Positions 1 through 13,500 of a stretch of DNA of 64,000 nt are shown piece by piece. The notes beneath the pieces were generated by a model that saw nothing but the letters and a program-made list of their open reading frames with translations, ran no database searches and was not told the origin of the DNA. The stretch covers positions 434,001 to 498,000 of the forward strand of contig OX337228.1 of assembly GCA_946965045.2 (NCBI GenBank), given 5' to 3'. A program made the translations under genes and the position numbers. Source of the stretch: Epithemia pelagica (lineage: Eukaryota; Protista; Bacillariophyta). Every line of letters begins with the position of its first letter. The first letter of the stretch is position 1.

Positions 1-232
1 AAAGCAGAGTGTTTGTTTTTGTTGGGTTCGACCATCATCATGAGCACCTCTTCTGTCCCTATTGTCACACAGTACAGCCAAGCCTCTCAACAACAAACTC
101 AATCTGATGCAGGTGGTGGTGTTTCCAGAGGTGTTGCTAGTGGTGATGTAGCCGGGAAAGCCCAGCTTGTAGAAGAAAATGATCCACGCGTCGCTCCAAA
201 CTCAAATTTCCATCGTCTACCTGACTTCAAAC
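1..232 (+). repeat. Duplicate of the 5' part of the Harbinger accessory ORF, ending at a rearrangement junction
   Basis: Bases 1-232 are identical to 14161-14392. From 230 on the sequence matches 49977 onward, with a shared AAC microhomology. Confidence 0.95.
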
Positions 233-433
233 ACGGCCATCGTCTCCCAAGAAAATGTCCGTCCAACGATGTGCTCACTTGTACTTGGCCGCAGCGGCCC
301 AACGGAACAACAAAGGAGGGGGGTACCAAACAAACCCAAAACAAAATAGAACCCATCCAAATGCATATATTTTAGAGTGGGTATCACCAAACTTGCTGTA
401 GAACCATGATAAAACGTTCAGGCTGAAAAAGTA

Positions 434-3295
434 GTGGATTCTCACTGGTTGCGTGTCGTATCACTCAGTTCCTTACTTCAAAGTCCCAACTTGGTTCTAC
501 GCATCCTGAGAGTCACCAGGTACATTTCGGTGGCAGCCTTGGAACAAGAACAACCACAACCGCAAACACAGAACAAAACCACCACCAATAATACAAAAGA
601 TACTCATCATGTGCGGGTCTTGAACTTTGTGGCCGAAATTGTGGAATGTGCCTTCCACAATCGAGGTGCCGACCGAATTTCGGGAAAGGTCCAACGCTTT
701 GTGCGACAAACGGGTTTGCCACATGCCGCTGTGCAACGAATTGCCCGTGTCGTGTTTCAAGCCATGGCCTATGAAAACATGTTGGCCTTTGAAGTCGGCA
801 ACAATACCTTGCTCATTCGGGATTTACAACAAGCCGGTGCGTCTCCACCCCATTCCTGGTTCGGACCCAGTCCCCATATCGGTCAAGACCGGTGTATTTT
901 GAATACGCAGAAAATTGTGCAAATGGTCCTGGATATTGTGGAACCCAACCAAAAGCTCATTGGGAGACCGGGCTTTTGGGGCATTGAATTTGACGAACTC
1001 CGTCGTCCGGCCACGGGCATTCGGGGAGATTTGGACGAAACCTTGGCGGGAAAAATTCTACCCGAAGTGATTGCCATTGCGTGGGCCGCTCCCTGGCACC
1101 AATTGCCGGAGGTCCCACAACTCCTCCCAGTCCTCCACATGCTGCATCAACAGGTCCGAACCCGTGGCCAGGACTGCACAGCGCCCGTTCCAGTCGCTCT
1201 CACGTTTGGTCTGCATGCCATGCTCACCGCCATTTTGGTCATTCAAGAAAATGGAGATTTAGCACGGTTGGCCTCGTACACCATACAATCCTACAACAAA
1301 CTCTTTTCGCAGTTGCAGCGGATACAGGAAGATCCTTCCAAATCTTCGTCATCATCGTCACCTGGAACACAGAATGCGCCCACCTTTTATGCCAATGTAC
1401 AACTGTTTGGCAATGTAGTTCATTTTGCCCAGCCAGTGTCTGCCACAAACTACGATACTCGACTAGCCTTTTTGGATCCTTCCGAAACGGAGCGACTGGC
1501 CTGTTGGAACCCGGTAGTGGGTGGAGAGTACCTGCTGTATGGAACCTACATGTGCTCCATCGCTCTTGGGTCCGCTACCATTGATTCCTTGGGACAACTT
1601 CGAATGACCCTCCACTTGTATCATGCAATGAAATCCCAACTGTCTCCATCACAGATGGATGAACTAAAAGTACCCTTTCTGGAGAATCTCGACCAGGTCT
1701 TTTCCAAGACCAAGGCAATCTGGGTAGCAGGACGTGCCCTAGTAGAAAAGGGTTCCTTTTCCAAACAGTTTTGGATGGCCTGGGGTATGAGCTCGACACA
1801 GGCATCCCAGCAGGCCTCTTCCGTATTGGGTGGTGACGAGCAGGAGCCTTTTGCTGCCTCTCTGCAACGACGTGCACAAATGAATAGCCGATTGCCGGAC
1901 CAAGGTCTCAGGTATGATGATGATGAGATATGCTGCGTTTTCCCTTTTTCCACTTTTCTGTGCTTTCTTGAGTGACATGTGTACATAGTATTGTAAAACA
2001 CTCACAGAAACCAACGGTACTTTCATTGGTTTACAGGACACTGGAAGAAATCAAGCCGGGACACTGGAAGAAATCAATCCGGAAGACTTTTGTTCGTCGT
2101 ACCGTCGACTTGTGTTGCGCGATTGGACGCCAGACGATACTCTAGACGGTGAAGACGACGTCGTGGCGTACTCGGTTCCCCACAAAACGTCCAACGAAGA
2201 ACGAAAAAATCTGGCCACCACCGAACAAATTATAGTCCAGATCAACACGTTGCGAGATAGCATGGATGAGGATGAAGATTACGTACTCCCCATCAATTTC
2301 CCAGTTGTGAGCGGTATTTTACTAGAGTTTCTCCATGTACTTGGAGAAGGCATGGTATGTTTGGTTTTTCCTCCCTCGTATTCTCAATGCGTTTGAATTC
2401 GTGGCAATCGTAGTCTCACTTCTTTTTTCGTTCATGGGTGGGATCATGGATACGGCTTGTAAAGGGATGGAACAGGATTATCTCACAAGCATTGCGAGGA
2501 GCACCAGACGAGGTACGCATGGGAAGGACCATGGGAGGTCGCAAAATGGAACCAGGAGGCTTTTTGGCGTCCGATTTGAATTTTACAATGCAAGGACTCT
2601 CCCATTTCGTCGGTATGTTTCTTGCAACATTGGATCAACCTGATGGAGATGGGGGTGGGGATATGGTCGAACGTACCGCCGGGATCATGAAGGAATTCTT
2701 TGGTTCTTTGCCCAAGGATCGTTTCTCGTTCTTTGTGGACAGCAGCACCGAACCCCCTCGTCGTGGTGAGGTTCGACGAAATCCGTTGGAAGGAACATAT
2801 CATAGCATGCGCTCTGGTAGATCCATGCAATATCCTTTGCAAGCATTCATGCATCTCAAGTACAGCAAGAAGCGAAAAGCAGTCGCGCGTTTGATCAAGC
2901 CGGGTAAATATACTCCCTACCTACCATCCGAGGACGGAGACTACGCCGAATCCCCCTATGTGAAAGAAGGTAGTAAGCTGCCCCGAGAGCCAACCACTGG
3001 CAAATTTCGCCATATTGCCAGCTACCACAGCATGGACGAACTCATAGATCTGGGATGGGATGGAGCCATGTACGTTTCGAGTCAAGGACAACGACACGGA
3101 TTATCGGGTCGCTATGTCCCATTCATTGTGGGCTACGATTCCGATTCCGGTGACGAATACGAACCAATCAATGTGCGTGCGGGGGAACGAGCGGGTATCA
3201 TTGGACTCCCCCGCTCCGAGGTTGGATCGTACATGGCTGTACCTGACTTTGGCTCACGCAGCTGCAAGATGGTCAAGCTCAATAACGGTCATTGA
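434..3295 (+). pseudogene. 3-exon gene of unknown function, copy 1 (5'-truncated, frameshifted); weak resemblance to DUF6604-type proteins
   Basis: ORFs 434-1975, 2112-2396 and 2438-3295 can be joined by GT-AG introns 1912-2036 and 2355-2464. A 23-bp tandem duplication at about 2037-2082 (absent in copy 2) shifts the frame. The family resemblance is from memory only. Confidence 0.6.
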
Positions 3296-3561
3296 TGGAT
3301 GAGAGTCGTGATCGCTCGACCCTCTCTCAGTGCAACATAAAAGTACATGCAAATCATCTAGGTAGATAGCCTGAATCAACTCCCCCCTGATATTCGATTT
3401 TAGTTATACTAAAAGGATTCACATGTTATTTCAATAGGTAGTATTGTCATGCAGCAAACACTTGAATTTTCGAGAACATAATGATTAGGAGTAGGTGGTG
3501 CCATACCCATGTAAAATAGCACGGTACAAAAATTGTGATCTTTGGGAATTAGGAGGAATTA

Positions 3562-4661
3562 TACCCCCAAGCAGGGGCGAGAATCTGGTCGCACAAAAAG
3601 AAGAATCTGTATTCTCACCCCCAAGGCGCGACGGAAAGTCCCCGAGGTTGATACAAAACTCCCAACACCGCACATACATTCATCGCGGTGGTGGAGGTGC
3701 AGTGGTTGATTACGAAGTCTGTAATGTCGACGTCCTCTCCCAAACGAACTCGAAGGTCTCAATAGGCTGTGAGGGAAGCCTTCGGCACCCGCAGTGCCTC
3801 CGCACTGCCTTATACAACGCAGAACCCAGATGATAACAGAGCCATCGCCAAAACTACAACTGCACCTCATGCTCAAGAAGCCAACACCAACCCTGCATCC
3901 ACCGGCAACACGGCCTCGTCGGTTGCTCCGTTGCGCTCTGCTCCCTCTGCTCGTCCGTATGAAACTCCACAAGTCTGCCGTACTCAGGCAGCAAGCAACG
4001 AACAAGCATCCAACAGGTCTGAACCATCCTCAACAAGAGCAATGGACAGTTTGATCTCGTTGCTTCCAGATCACCGCGAGTGCACAAGATGCGTAGACGT
4101 AATCCCCAAGAACAAGAGTACGATTCTGATCCTTCAAGAATCTCGTAGGTGGAGTAGAACATGTGGTGTCTACTGTCGACTTATACTGGAATCTACATCT
4201 AGGAGTATGTGCTTGCGCTTTCTATAGGAGTAGTTGCCCTTTGTCGCAGAAAGCATCATGGCCATTGGAAAGGGATTCGGGAAAGTTTCTGGGTACAGGA
4301 AGAGGTCGATGCCGGGTGTTCTCGGTCACCTCTTGCCTTGGGTTTCTTGTGGTGGACATGTTGCTTTTATTACGGTGGTGGGAAGGTACGAGAGGGCGGT
4401 TGGGAGGCAAAAACGACGTGGTATGACGTCCTTGGATGTCAGGACAGGGTAATGAAACAATTCGGTGTGTTTTACAACGTTCAGGAGGCATGCACCAACG
4501 CTCACAAGTTTGGCTCCCTGTTGAATGTGTTGAGGTGCAATGGCTTTTGTATCAACCTCGGGAAATCGCTGATTTTGGACGTCGCGCCTTGGGGGTGAGA
4601 AGGAGAATCACGGAAATGATTGACGGACAGACTGTAAAAATCTCACCCCCGCTGGGGGGTA
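3562..4661. mobile_element. Non-autonomous Mutator-like TIR element (TACCC ends, 10-bp TSD) inserted in the gypsy 3' LTR
   Basis: TSD GGAGGAATTA at 3552-3561 and 4662-4671. Ends TACCCCCAAGCAGGGGCGAGA / TCTCACCCCCGCTGGGGGGTA. Inverted subterminal motif CTCACCCCCAAGGCGCGAC. The empty site is visible in the other LTRs (about 10020, 59425). Confidence 0.9.
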
Positions 4662-4903
4662 GGAGGAATTAGGGGGAATGAGGAATCCACAGTGCCACGT
4701 GCGACGAGAAATGACTGGAGGAGGAACAGCCAAATGGTGGGAGATTCATGTCGCAGTGTCAAGAACGCGAACCGGGAATGGAACGTGACGACACGTATGG
4801 CGGGATCCATATAGGGGTACCGCACTCTACCTCTCCCTGGTCGGACCTAGGGAGTTCGAGCGGGACAAAAATGGGAAAGCTTGGAGGCCAGCATTAAAAC
4901 CCA

Positions 4904-7900
4904 TTATTTATTCACGAAATGGAACAAGACGACGAATGTAGTGACGTGGGGACCACGTTGGATAGTCACAGTGCCATTGGAATGGACTTGTGTAATCCGA
5001 AAGGGATTGGGGCTTGTGCGGAGCTCAAGCTTGTCTGGATTCGTGGCGCGAAGCAACACACGATCGTTGACCACGTAGTCGTGAAAGACACGAGAGCGAT
5101 TTGCGAGACGAGCGCGTTCATCGACAATCTGTTGTCGTTTCAGACGGACTGTTTCCATGTCCGCGATAATAGGGATGTCGAACAGCATGTCGCGATGGAA
5201 CGCAAGGCTGCCGGGAGAATATTTCAAGGCGCCATGAATGGCAGTGCGAGTGGAATACGCAGCGGTCTGCAGAGCAGTATCCACAGCAAGTGCAGCATTC
5301 TGCGCATCTTGTGGTGGTTCATAGTTGGTGATCACACGAAGAGTGTTTCCAACAGTCAGATGTAACTGCTCGCAAAGAGCATTTGATTGAGGATTCTTGG
5401 CCGTCAATGGTACTGGCTTGATGCCATGATTGCAAAGAACTTGCGAGAACGCATGTCCAATAAATTCACCGCCTTGATCAAAAAGGCAACGAACGGGACG
5501 AGGATAGCGTGAGAGCCACGCGTTTTCCAATTGAAGACCCACATGACGTGCCGTCTTATCATGGATGCGAATGAGCTCGCAGAAATTAGTGACATTGTCA
5601 ATAATAGTCAAGGCTTGAAATGTTAATTTCTGCCCATGAACGGTGACGTTCCACGGTCCAATGAGGTCGACAGAGATGTCAGCCCATGGATTGCCTCGGA
5701 CCTCGCGTGGAGGGAGTTCACCGTAATGGCGATGTATGACTTTAGAGCGTTGGCAGGTAGCACAACTCGACCCGGCTTGTTCACAATACAGGCCCAAGTC
5801 AGGATGACTCATGTGTATAGAAATCGTCTCATGAAGACGTGTAGACCCCAAGTGAATGAGGGACAGGTGATACCAATTAACGGTGTGGGCCAAGAGGCTG
5901 TCTGGGATGCGAATACGCCATGCGGCATTAGAATTCTGACGATAACAAATCAAGTTGTATTGCGGATTTTCCGTAGGAAAAGGCTGGAGATGAAATCTCT
6001 GGGGTTGTTCGGTCAACTTGGCCACAAGAGTGGCATCGTTCTGTTGACGGTGATGAATCGTCGCGTAGTCGACAGGCAAGGGTTGATTTGCGGTAATGGG
6101 AGGATGATTGAGGTAGACATCGATCAAATCCTCATCCATAAAGATGGGAGATTCGAAAGCGTCGGGATCACGCGAGTGATGAGAGCGGGGGTCATCATTA
6201 GGGCCATGAGGCACTTGCAACACTGAGTGTTGTCCGCTATGATCATAGAGCGATCATGGATGCGGCGAGGCATCCGTAGAGGAGGTCGACGACGGAGAGA
6301 CACTCTTCTCCTCCTCTTCAGAGAGAGGGAGATGCGACAAGGCGTCGGCGATGACATTGTCCTGGCCAGGGACGTAATGAAAAATCGGATTGTACTCCTC
6401 GAGGAACAACCGCCAACGGAGGACCCGTCGCAAGTTGAGGGTAGCATAGGTAAGATTCTTATGGTCCGTATGGACATGCAGTTTGGCACAGCCGAGAAGC
6501 ATGGAGCGGAACTCTTTAAGGGTTTCGACAATGGAGAGCAACTCCTTTTCCATAGTAGTTTAGTTGCGTTGAGCAGGGTTCAACTTGCGAGAGTAATATG
6601 CAACGGGAACGTCTTGTTGCATGATTACAGCGCCAAGCTGGTAATCAAAGGCGTCCACATAGACATGGAAGGGAAGGTTATGGTCGGGATACCGAAGAAA
6701 GGCATCATGTGCGAGCATGGACTTGGCTTGTTCGAAAGCACGTTGACATTGCGGGGACCAAACGCAGAGATTTTCTTTTTCCAGGGTTTGATCCCAGTGG
6801 GTGTAAGCCAATGGCCGAGCCATTCCGTTTCTTTAACGGCCCATTCACACTTGGAAGGGTTAATGGAGAAGTTCTTTTCTTGAAGAAGTTGGAGAACTTT
6901 GGACAGGATGTCCACATGTTCTTCCCAAGAATTGGAGAAGATGCCAATGTCGTCGATATAGACTTCGACATGGTCGCTGAAGTCACTGAGGACGTCTTCC
7001 ATTATCTCTTGACAAAAGTCAGGAGATTGTTTGACACCCATCGGCAGACGACGGTAACGGAATTTGCCAAAAGGCGTAGTAATGACGCAAAGATTGCTCG
7101 ATTCCTCATCGAGGCGGAATGTGTAAAAACACATGGAGATGTCCAACTGGGTAAAATATTTGTAGCCTTCCTGTTTACGAAGCATATCCTTGATACGAGG
7201 AAAGGGGTAGACCCGACGGTAGAGTTGGGCGTTCAAAGAACGAAAGTCCGAAATCATTCGGATGCGGCCATCCTTTTTAGGAATGGCAAAGTGAGGAGCA
7301 GCCCATTTGGTGGAACCGACGCGCTCAAGGATGCCGATGTCGACGAAGCGCCACAGCTCCTTTGTAAAGGTATCGTGTATGTTTCGAGGGACCGAGAAAT
7401 GGCGATGATGGACAGGCTGGGCATCAGGCTTGAGATGTAGATGGAGCGTTCGATCCGGGTATTCACGGAGCTCACCATCAAAAATCTTGCCACAGTCTTG
7501 CCAAATGGCAAGAAGATCTTGCTTTTGGTCATCGGTAAGATGGTCTTGTTTATTGATCAACTCTTGTAGATCCGTAGGAACCTAGGTGGAATCCAAGAGG
7601 AATTGATCACCAATAATGGGATCGTCGGCAAAGATGTCGATGAAATGAGACATCAATGTCTGGTTGGTAGCGAATGAATCGCGATGGCGCATGGCGACAT
7701 CGACTGAGTCCCAAGTTGTGAGACCAGTGTTGAAATTGAGCACAATGCCCAAGCGACGCAAGAGATCGCGGCCACTAATGATATCGCAACGACAATTGGG
7801 GGCATCAAAGATGTCGGCCCAAAGGGGGTATGAAATGTGTTTGGTCCGAGAAAACTCGGGGAGAACCAAATCTCCGAGAAGAATCTCGGAGACGTGGTCG

Positions 7901-9845
7901 CGCGTACCCATGGTGGTATTGACAGACCGATTGGTTACACGTGGATGCATGCCGGGCTGAAGACAGCGCGCGTGCAGGATCGTCTTGTCGGCGCCTGAAT
8001 CGAGCAGGGCACGCAACGGGACGGTGTTCTCGACTCCACCAATGGACCGAGCCATCAAAATGGTGAGGGGAACGGACGGAGGCTCAGAGGGAGCGACCGA
8101 AAGGGGACTAGAGAAACTAGGAGCGTCAGAGACAGAACTAGATGAGTAGACATCTTCATAGTGATCTAGGTTAGATAAAAAACCATTATTGGGATCAACG
8201 ATGTCAGCGATGACAGCATCCGTAGGATTTGGGCATTCCTTAAGACATGGGGAAGCGTTGGTTTTCGGCGTTGCCTCCAGGGGAGGACAAGTCGTAGATG
8301 TGGGCGATATCCATGTTACGCCCGTAGATCTTGAACAATTGTTGGCGGACCTTGAGGATTGGGGCCTGAGGATGGCATTCTCGGCCGGCATAGCCTGTGG
8401 AAGGCCAGTCTGGATGTGACATTGCTGAGCAAAAAGAACATCAAGATGATGAGAGACATCCGGAGAGGATGAAGCAAAAAAGGAAGAAGAACACATACCG
8501 GGGACCGTTCGATCGGCATTGCGGAGACTAACCAATCACGAAAATTGGCTAGATGACGTTGACGAGCACGATAAGCCGCGTCTTGCACAGAAGGCAACGG
8601 CTCAGCCAACGACGGATCAACCGGTGGATTGTCGTCTGTGTTGGTGCCTTCAGAGGCATGCTGGTCGGAGCCAGATCCAGAACGACGGGGAACAGCGCCC
8701 CAACTGGAACCAGTAGGGCGAGATTCTCCAGATGAGGGAGTTCCCTGGCCACGAGAGCCTTGACCATTACGGCCTTGGTTCTGAGAACCATTGTTGGGCT
8801 GAGACCCAGTAGGGGTGCGAAGACCAGACCCGGTACGGGCAAGAAAGGCGTTGAAATGCTCTTGGTTAAAATTGGAGGATTTAGGGTTGTAGATGCAGTT
8901 GGCCCAAGTATGATTTGCGTGCGAAGAAATCGTGTCCTTGTAAGGACAGGCATCGCCGTCATTGACTGGACGATCACCGGACGCTTGGCGTTCACCATTG
9001 GTGTGGCGATTGCCGCCGCGGAGACCGCCACGACCACCATTAGAGGAGCGGAAATGCTTGGAGGAAGAACCACGAGAAGTGGAATCATCGCGAGGATTGC
9101 GGGACTTGGCCTGCGACTGTGTATTGGCAGCCATCTTTTCTTGAGAGGCCCGTTGATAGCCACGCATTGCTTGAAGGAGGTCGGTGACATTGAAATGATT
9201 CACCAGATCTGCAACCAAGGGATTGGCCGTCTTGAAGTCGTTGCGCCAAGCAACCGGGGAGCCAAGATAGAAGGCTTGCTTCAGCTCATCGTCGGTGAGA
9301 GCCTGAACAGCGTTGTCGTTAGACAAATAACGGAGACCGTTCGAAATCTTTTGGAGGGTGTGATAATGAATATCAACGGTCATGTCAGGTGGCTTGCGAG
9401 GACCGCAAAGGAGGTGTGCCCGGAAGGCGTTGACTTCGGAAACAGTCAACTTGGGTTCGAAGATTGTAGCAATCAACTGTTTAAAACACGCTTCATCAAG
9501 GTCAGCGCCATCAGGCAGGGCCTGAAATGCAACATGGAACTTGTCCGCAATGAGACTTGTGGTAACAACACGAGGAAAGTAGGTGCAACAGGCAGCAAAG
9601 GGCTCTGGATGACCGGAGATCTTGACCTTGTCAACAAAATGGAGGACCCAAAGGAAGAGATTCGAGGGCTCTTCATCCACGCCATCTCGAAATGGCATGA
9701 GACGGACATAGTACTTGTCATCGTTGTCGTCTTTCATCTTGAGGGTGGAAAGAGCAGAGGAAGAATCTGAAGCCGAGGCTTGATCAAAGCGCTTTTGGAA
9801 GCGTTGAACATCCGCAATGGAGACGAGGGAAGATCCTGTGCTCAT
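4904..9845 (-). pseudogene. gag-pol: Gypsy gag-pol, fragmented
   Basis: ORF pieces: 8316-9881 (gag), 7582-8535 (PR), 6625-7560 (RT), 6254-6823 (RNase H), 4904-6223 (integrase with DLIG, DQGGE and GPF-like C-terminus). Stops, a frameshift and a ~139-bp deletion near 6770 relative to copy 2. Confidence 0.9.
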
Positions 9846-10511
9846 GATGAGACTGCAAAGAAAGGGAAGAAAAGGAATCAAAGGATGATGAGATCAACGA
9901 GGATCGGTCAAAGAACGGTAAGTGGTTATGGTGAAAGAGTGCTGGGGGAAGTTTTCGAACTTCTGATCAGAGTGCCATACCCATGTAAAATAGCATGGTA
10001 TAGAAATTGTGATCTTTAGGAATTAGGAGGAATTAGGGGGAATGAGGAATCCACAGTGCCACGTGCGACGAGAAATGACTGGAGGAGGAACAGCCAAATG
10101 GTGGGAGATTCATGTCGCAGTGTCAAGAACGCGAACCGGGAATGGAACGTGACGACACGTATGGCGGGATCCATATAGGGGTACCGCAGTAAGTAGTTAC
10201 TACAAGATGTTTCCGATAATTTTTGATAGGAGTAGAATCCGTTGCACAACTTATACTATATGGTAGAGTCGTCTCGATAAGGAGTACAGCTTCTCGTGTC
10301 TTGTGGTTGATTCACTTAACACACCGCAGACAAGACTCAGGTTCGGTCTTATGGGAGCGTGATACCATCTACCATCTCATATCATAATTTTTGCGCGCGT
10401 GTCCTGACATGGCAGCGTGATAAGATGATGAAGATGAATATCATGCGCAAATTTTTGACGCATGTGATATTCATCCTTATCATCTTATCACGCTGGAGAA
10501 TATCTTCCAGC

Positions 10512-13500
10512 TACCCAGAAGCTGAGGGTGAGTCATTAGTCGCACATGAGTCGAAGCACTACGTGCATTCGTATACTCACCCCCTTGGCGCGAGGTCCTT
10601 TTTTGGCGATTTCTCGATTCTGATTTCTGATACAAACCTCATTGCACCTCAACACAGTCACCACGGCCACCAACGAGTGAGGTTCATTTCACCACCCATC
10701 CTTGTTTCCAAGCTGATCCAAAGGTTACACCCAAGTCCGATACCCCTAACAACACCTTCTAGGTCATCTACTTGGCCAACACAAGGCATTTGAGTTTGTA
10801 TGGACACGTCCCATTCTACTATAGCTCCTCGGAATGGAAGTAGGATTTTCGTCTAATATAGCCTTATATTGCCCACGACGGCCGCGCTCTCATACGCGAG
10901 CAAGTGCGGAGCTAAACAAGCTAGTGCGGAGCAAAAAAAACAGTCCTGGGAAAAAAGTGTGACAGTTAATTAGGGGGGGGGACTCGGAGGTTATAGAAGC
11001 AAGCGACATCCCCTCCTGGTCGTGGGGGCACTTGTCGGGGCTATTGACTCCTCGGCGGGCAATAGCTCCTCGTCGTGGACCGCCAAATCCGCTGACGCGG
11101 ATTTAGAAGGCGGTCCACTTCTCGGAGCTATTGCCCTTCTCGGAGTCAATAGCCCCTCCTCGTGCCTCCCCACTCCGCGGAGCGGATGTAGAATTACTAC
11201 TACACTCGACACAAACCGCATCCAATCGAATAAGATGTCTGTCTACCCCGAAAACTTTTTCTTTTTCTGACTGGCATGGCAAGAAAGCCCGTCCGTGGCA
11301 ACTCCAAGCCTGTGAAGGTGTGCTCCATCGTCACCTTGCATCCCTCCAACCATCCTTCTCGTTCGGTCAATTAATATGAATCAATACTAAACGAATTTAT
11401 TTTTTATTTCAATGATTGCTTGTATGCTTCCAAATAATTTATTGCTCGGTCCAGTTTGTCTCCTACTGCTGTTCCATCGTCGTTTCCATTGCCTCCATCA
11501 TCTTCCATTGCTTCCAATCTCTGAAAAAGCTTGTATCGGATGTCAAAGTCAAAGATTGAGGGGACACCGACGATGACGACACAAGAGTCAATGGAGGATT
11601 GAATTTCGACAAGTCGCCGGTACTTTGCATGATAGAGGTGGATGTCATCGAATTTGTACAACGAGGCCTCCCTCTGTGATCTTCTTCACTGGCTGGGGAA
11701 TTGACGAGTTCTTGTGCTTGCTGGTTTCTTGTGTTGCTCGGCAGCGACAGGAGGAGGGGATTGCTGTTGTGGTGGTCCTCGGGGATCAGTATGAAGAGGA
11801 GTGTTGGGAGAAGGGGCAAGGGTTGGAATGGTATACAAGGATGCACTAGGTGGATTGTTCGCATTTGATTGTTCGGTTCCCTGGTTGCCCATAGCACCAC
11901 GATTGTTGGCCGTCTCAGTGGGATTGGCTAGTGGTTGCTGTTTTGCAACAGAAGATGATGGTAGGATGTGCATTGCCTTTGGAGGAGAAGATTGAGTGCC
12001 AAACTCCACATGACCGAAGGATCCACGTCTGTTTCAAAGAATGTCGAAGAGAGCCTTGTCTGTCCAGGCTGTGGATTCGAGGAAGAATTGATGGGAGCTG
12101 CTTCGGTAGCAGAGGAAAGACTGGCAGGAGCCGCGTGGGGAAAAGAAGGATGGGAGGTAACACGAATCTGAGGTCTTGTGGAGTTGCTATGCACCGAAGG
12201 GATGGTCGACAGAGAGGTGGCAGCAGCAGCGTCCAAAAAGATGGACGGTTCCGGTCTTCCCGTGGTGCCGGCAGCTTGATACGGGGGGTTGTTCACCAAA
12301 GGGGTCCTGTATGGGGAATTGGAGGAGGTCGCATCACCCCTGTTGGAAGAAGGTAGAGGGAAAGGAGAGGAGGAGTCATTCGGCAATGTAGAGGTCGGAT
12401 GGCTTTTGGCAATTCTCTATTCTCTCTATACCGTCTCTATCGGACGCCGTGGACCTTTCGAAAATGCGATGAGCCGCAAAGGCTTTCCTGACATCCTTTT
12501 GGGAACTACGGTGCCGTTTGTGTGAAGAAGAAGTCGACATTCGGAGTGTTACAGACCACTGCACCTCCACTACCGTGATGAATGAAGGGAGGTAATGTGA
12601 AATTTGTATCAGAATCGAGAGCTTGGGCCTCGCGCCAAGGGGGTGAGTAACAGGGTTTGGAAGTCTGACTTTGGACAACACCAAACTTTAAGACTTTAAC
12701 ACCAACTTCAAGACTTTAGGACTATCCAAAGTCAAGTCATTCAACTTTGTAGCACTGACTTTACGCACAAAGTCAAGTCAGCCCTCCGCATCGCCTCGAC
12801 TTCACGCCCCCCACCAAGTAAAGTCAAGTCATAGCATACAGAACACTGACTTTAACGCCCAAAGTCAAGTTCCTATCATACCACTTCCGACTTTATCCAC
12901 ACAAGTCAAGTCTCAGTAGTAGTACTCGCTGACTTTACCCACACAAGTTAAATGACAGTGCTAGTACCCCTATAACCCACTAGGAAAATGGTGTCAGAGA
13001 TGGAATCAAGTCTGGCTTTGTAGTCATTGATGGTAACATCGACTTGTGTCTTCATTAGCGCAAAGAAAGAGAATGGAGTGTGTTCTAGGGAGATGATTAT
13101 ATTGCAAGAACTGCATACTGAAAGATGGGGTCTATAGGGTGTCGAGTGTCGATGGTTCATGGTCCACGGCAATTGGAGAGTGATGGAGGATGGAGGTGCT
13201 TCGGTTCTTTACTGGGCACTGGGCAATGCTGACTGCTGACTATTGGGCAGTGTTGCAAGTGTGCACTTCTGTCTCACGTCTAAAGTCTAAACAACAAATA
13301 CCCATGGTGGTTGTGTGTTATAGAGACTTTATGTCGTAAAGTCTGAGACTTAAAGTCAAAGTCTGTAAAGTCAAAGAGCCTAAAGTCAAGTTGCTTTCGC
13401 GAGACAGAGACTTTGACTTTGGATGAAAGTCAAAGTCAAGTTCAGGATTCCATGCAGGTTGAGTTTACACGTAAAGTCAAGTCGATGGGGGGTGCGGGAA

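Larger units (their letters stand above)
233..9950. repeat. Segmental duplicate of 49977-64000 (unknown gene plus gypsy element)
   Basis: Colinear near-identity with 49977-52174, 58324-59373 and 59374-64000, apart from copy-specific insertions and deletions. Confidence 0.93.
3499..10188 (-). mobile_element. Ty3/gypsy LTR retrotransposon, copy 1 (decayed)
   Basis: 216-bp LTRs with TG...CA ends at 9973-10188 and 3499-4824 (the latter interrupted by a 1.1-kb insertion). PPT AGGGAGAGGTAGAG precedes the 3' LTR. Domain order is PR (LLDSGAD), RT (YIDD), RNase H, IN. Confidence 0.95.

Noticed and set aside
13-375. Chimeric ORF across the duplication junction as a new gene
   Set aside because: After the junction it reads an out-of-frame sequence and stops within about 45 codons.
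6254-6256. TGA before gypsy integrase (shared by both copies) as programmed readthrough
   Set aside because: The context TGA-TCG is not a known leaky one, I see no downstream structure, and sharing is explained by duplication after a CGA>TGA change.
8760-9770. Long antisense and alternative-frame ORFs over pol and GT genes (e.g. 8760-9770, 6709-7440, 24625-25386, 45112-45759)
   Set aside because: These are shadow ORFs of real coding strands, with no recognisable motifs.
9950-9972. Gypsy PBS as a half-tRNA-Arg complement (CTTCTGATCAGAG)
   Set aside because: The stem pairing fails after one base pair, so the match is too weak to support.
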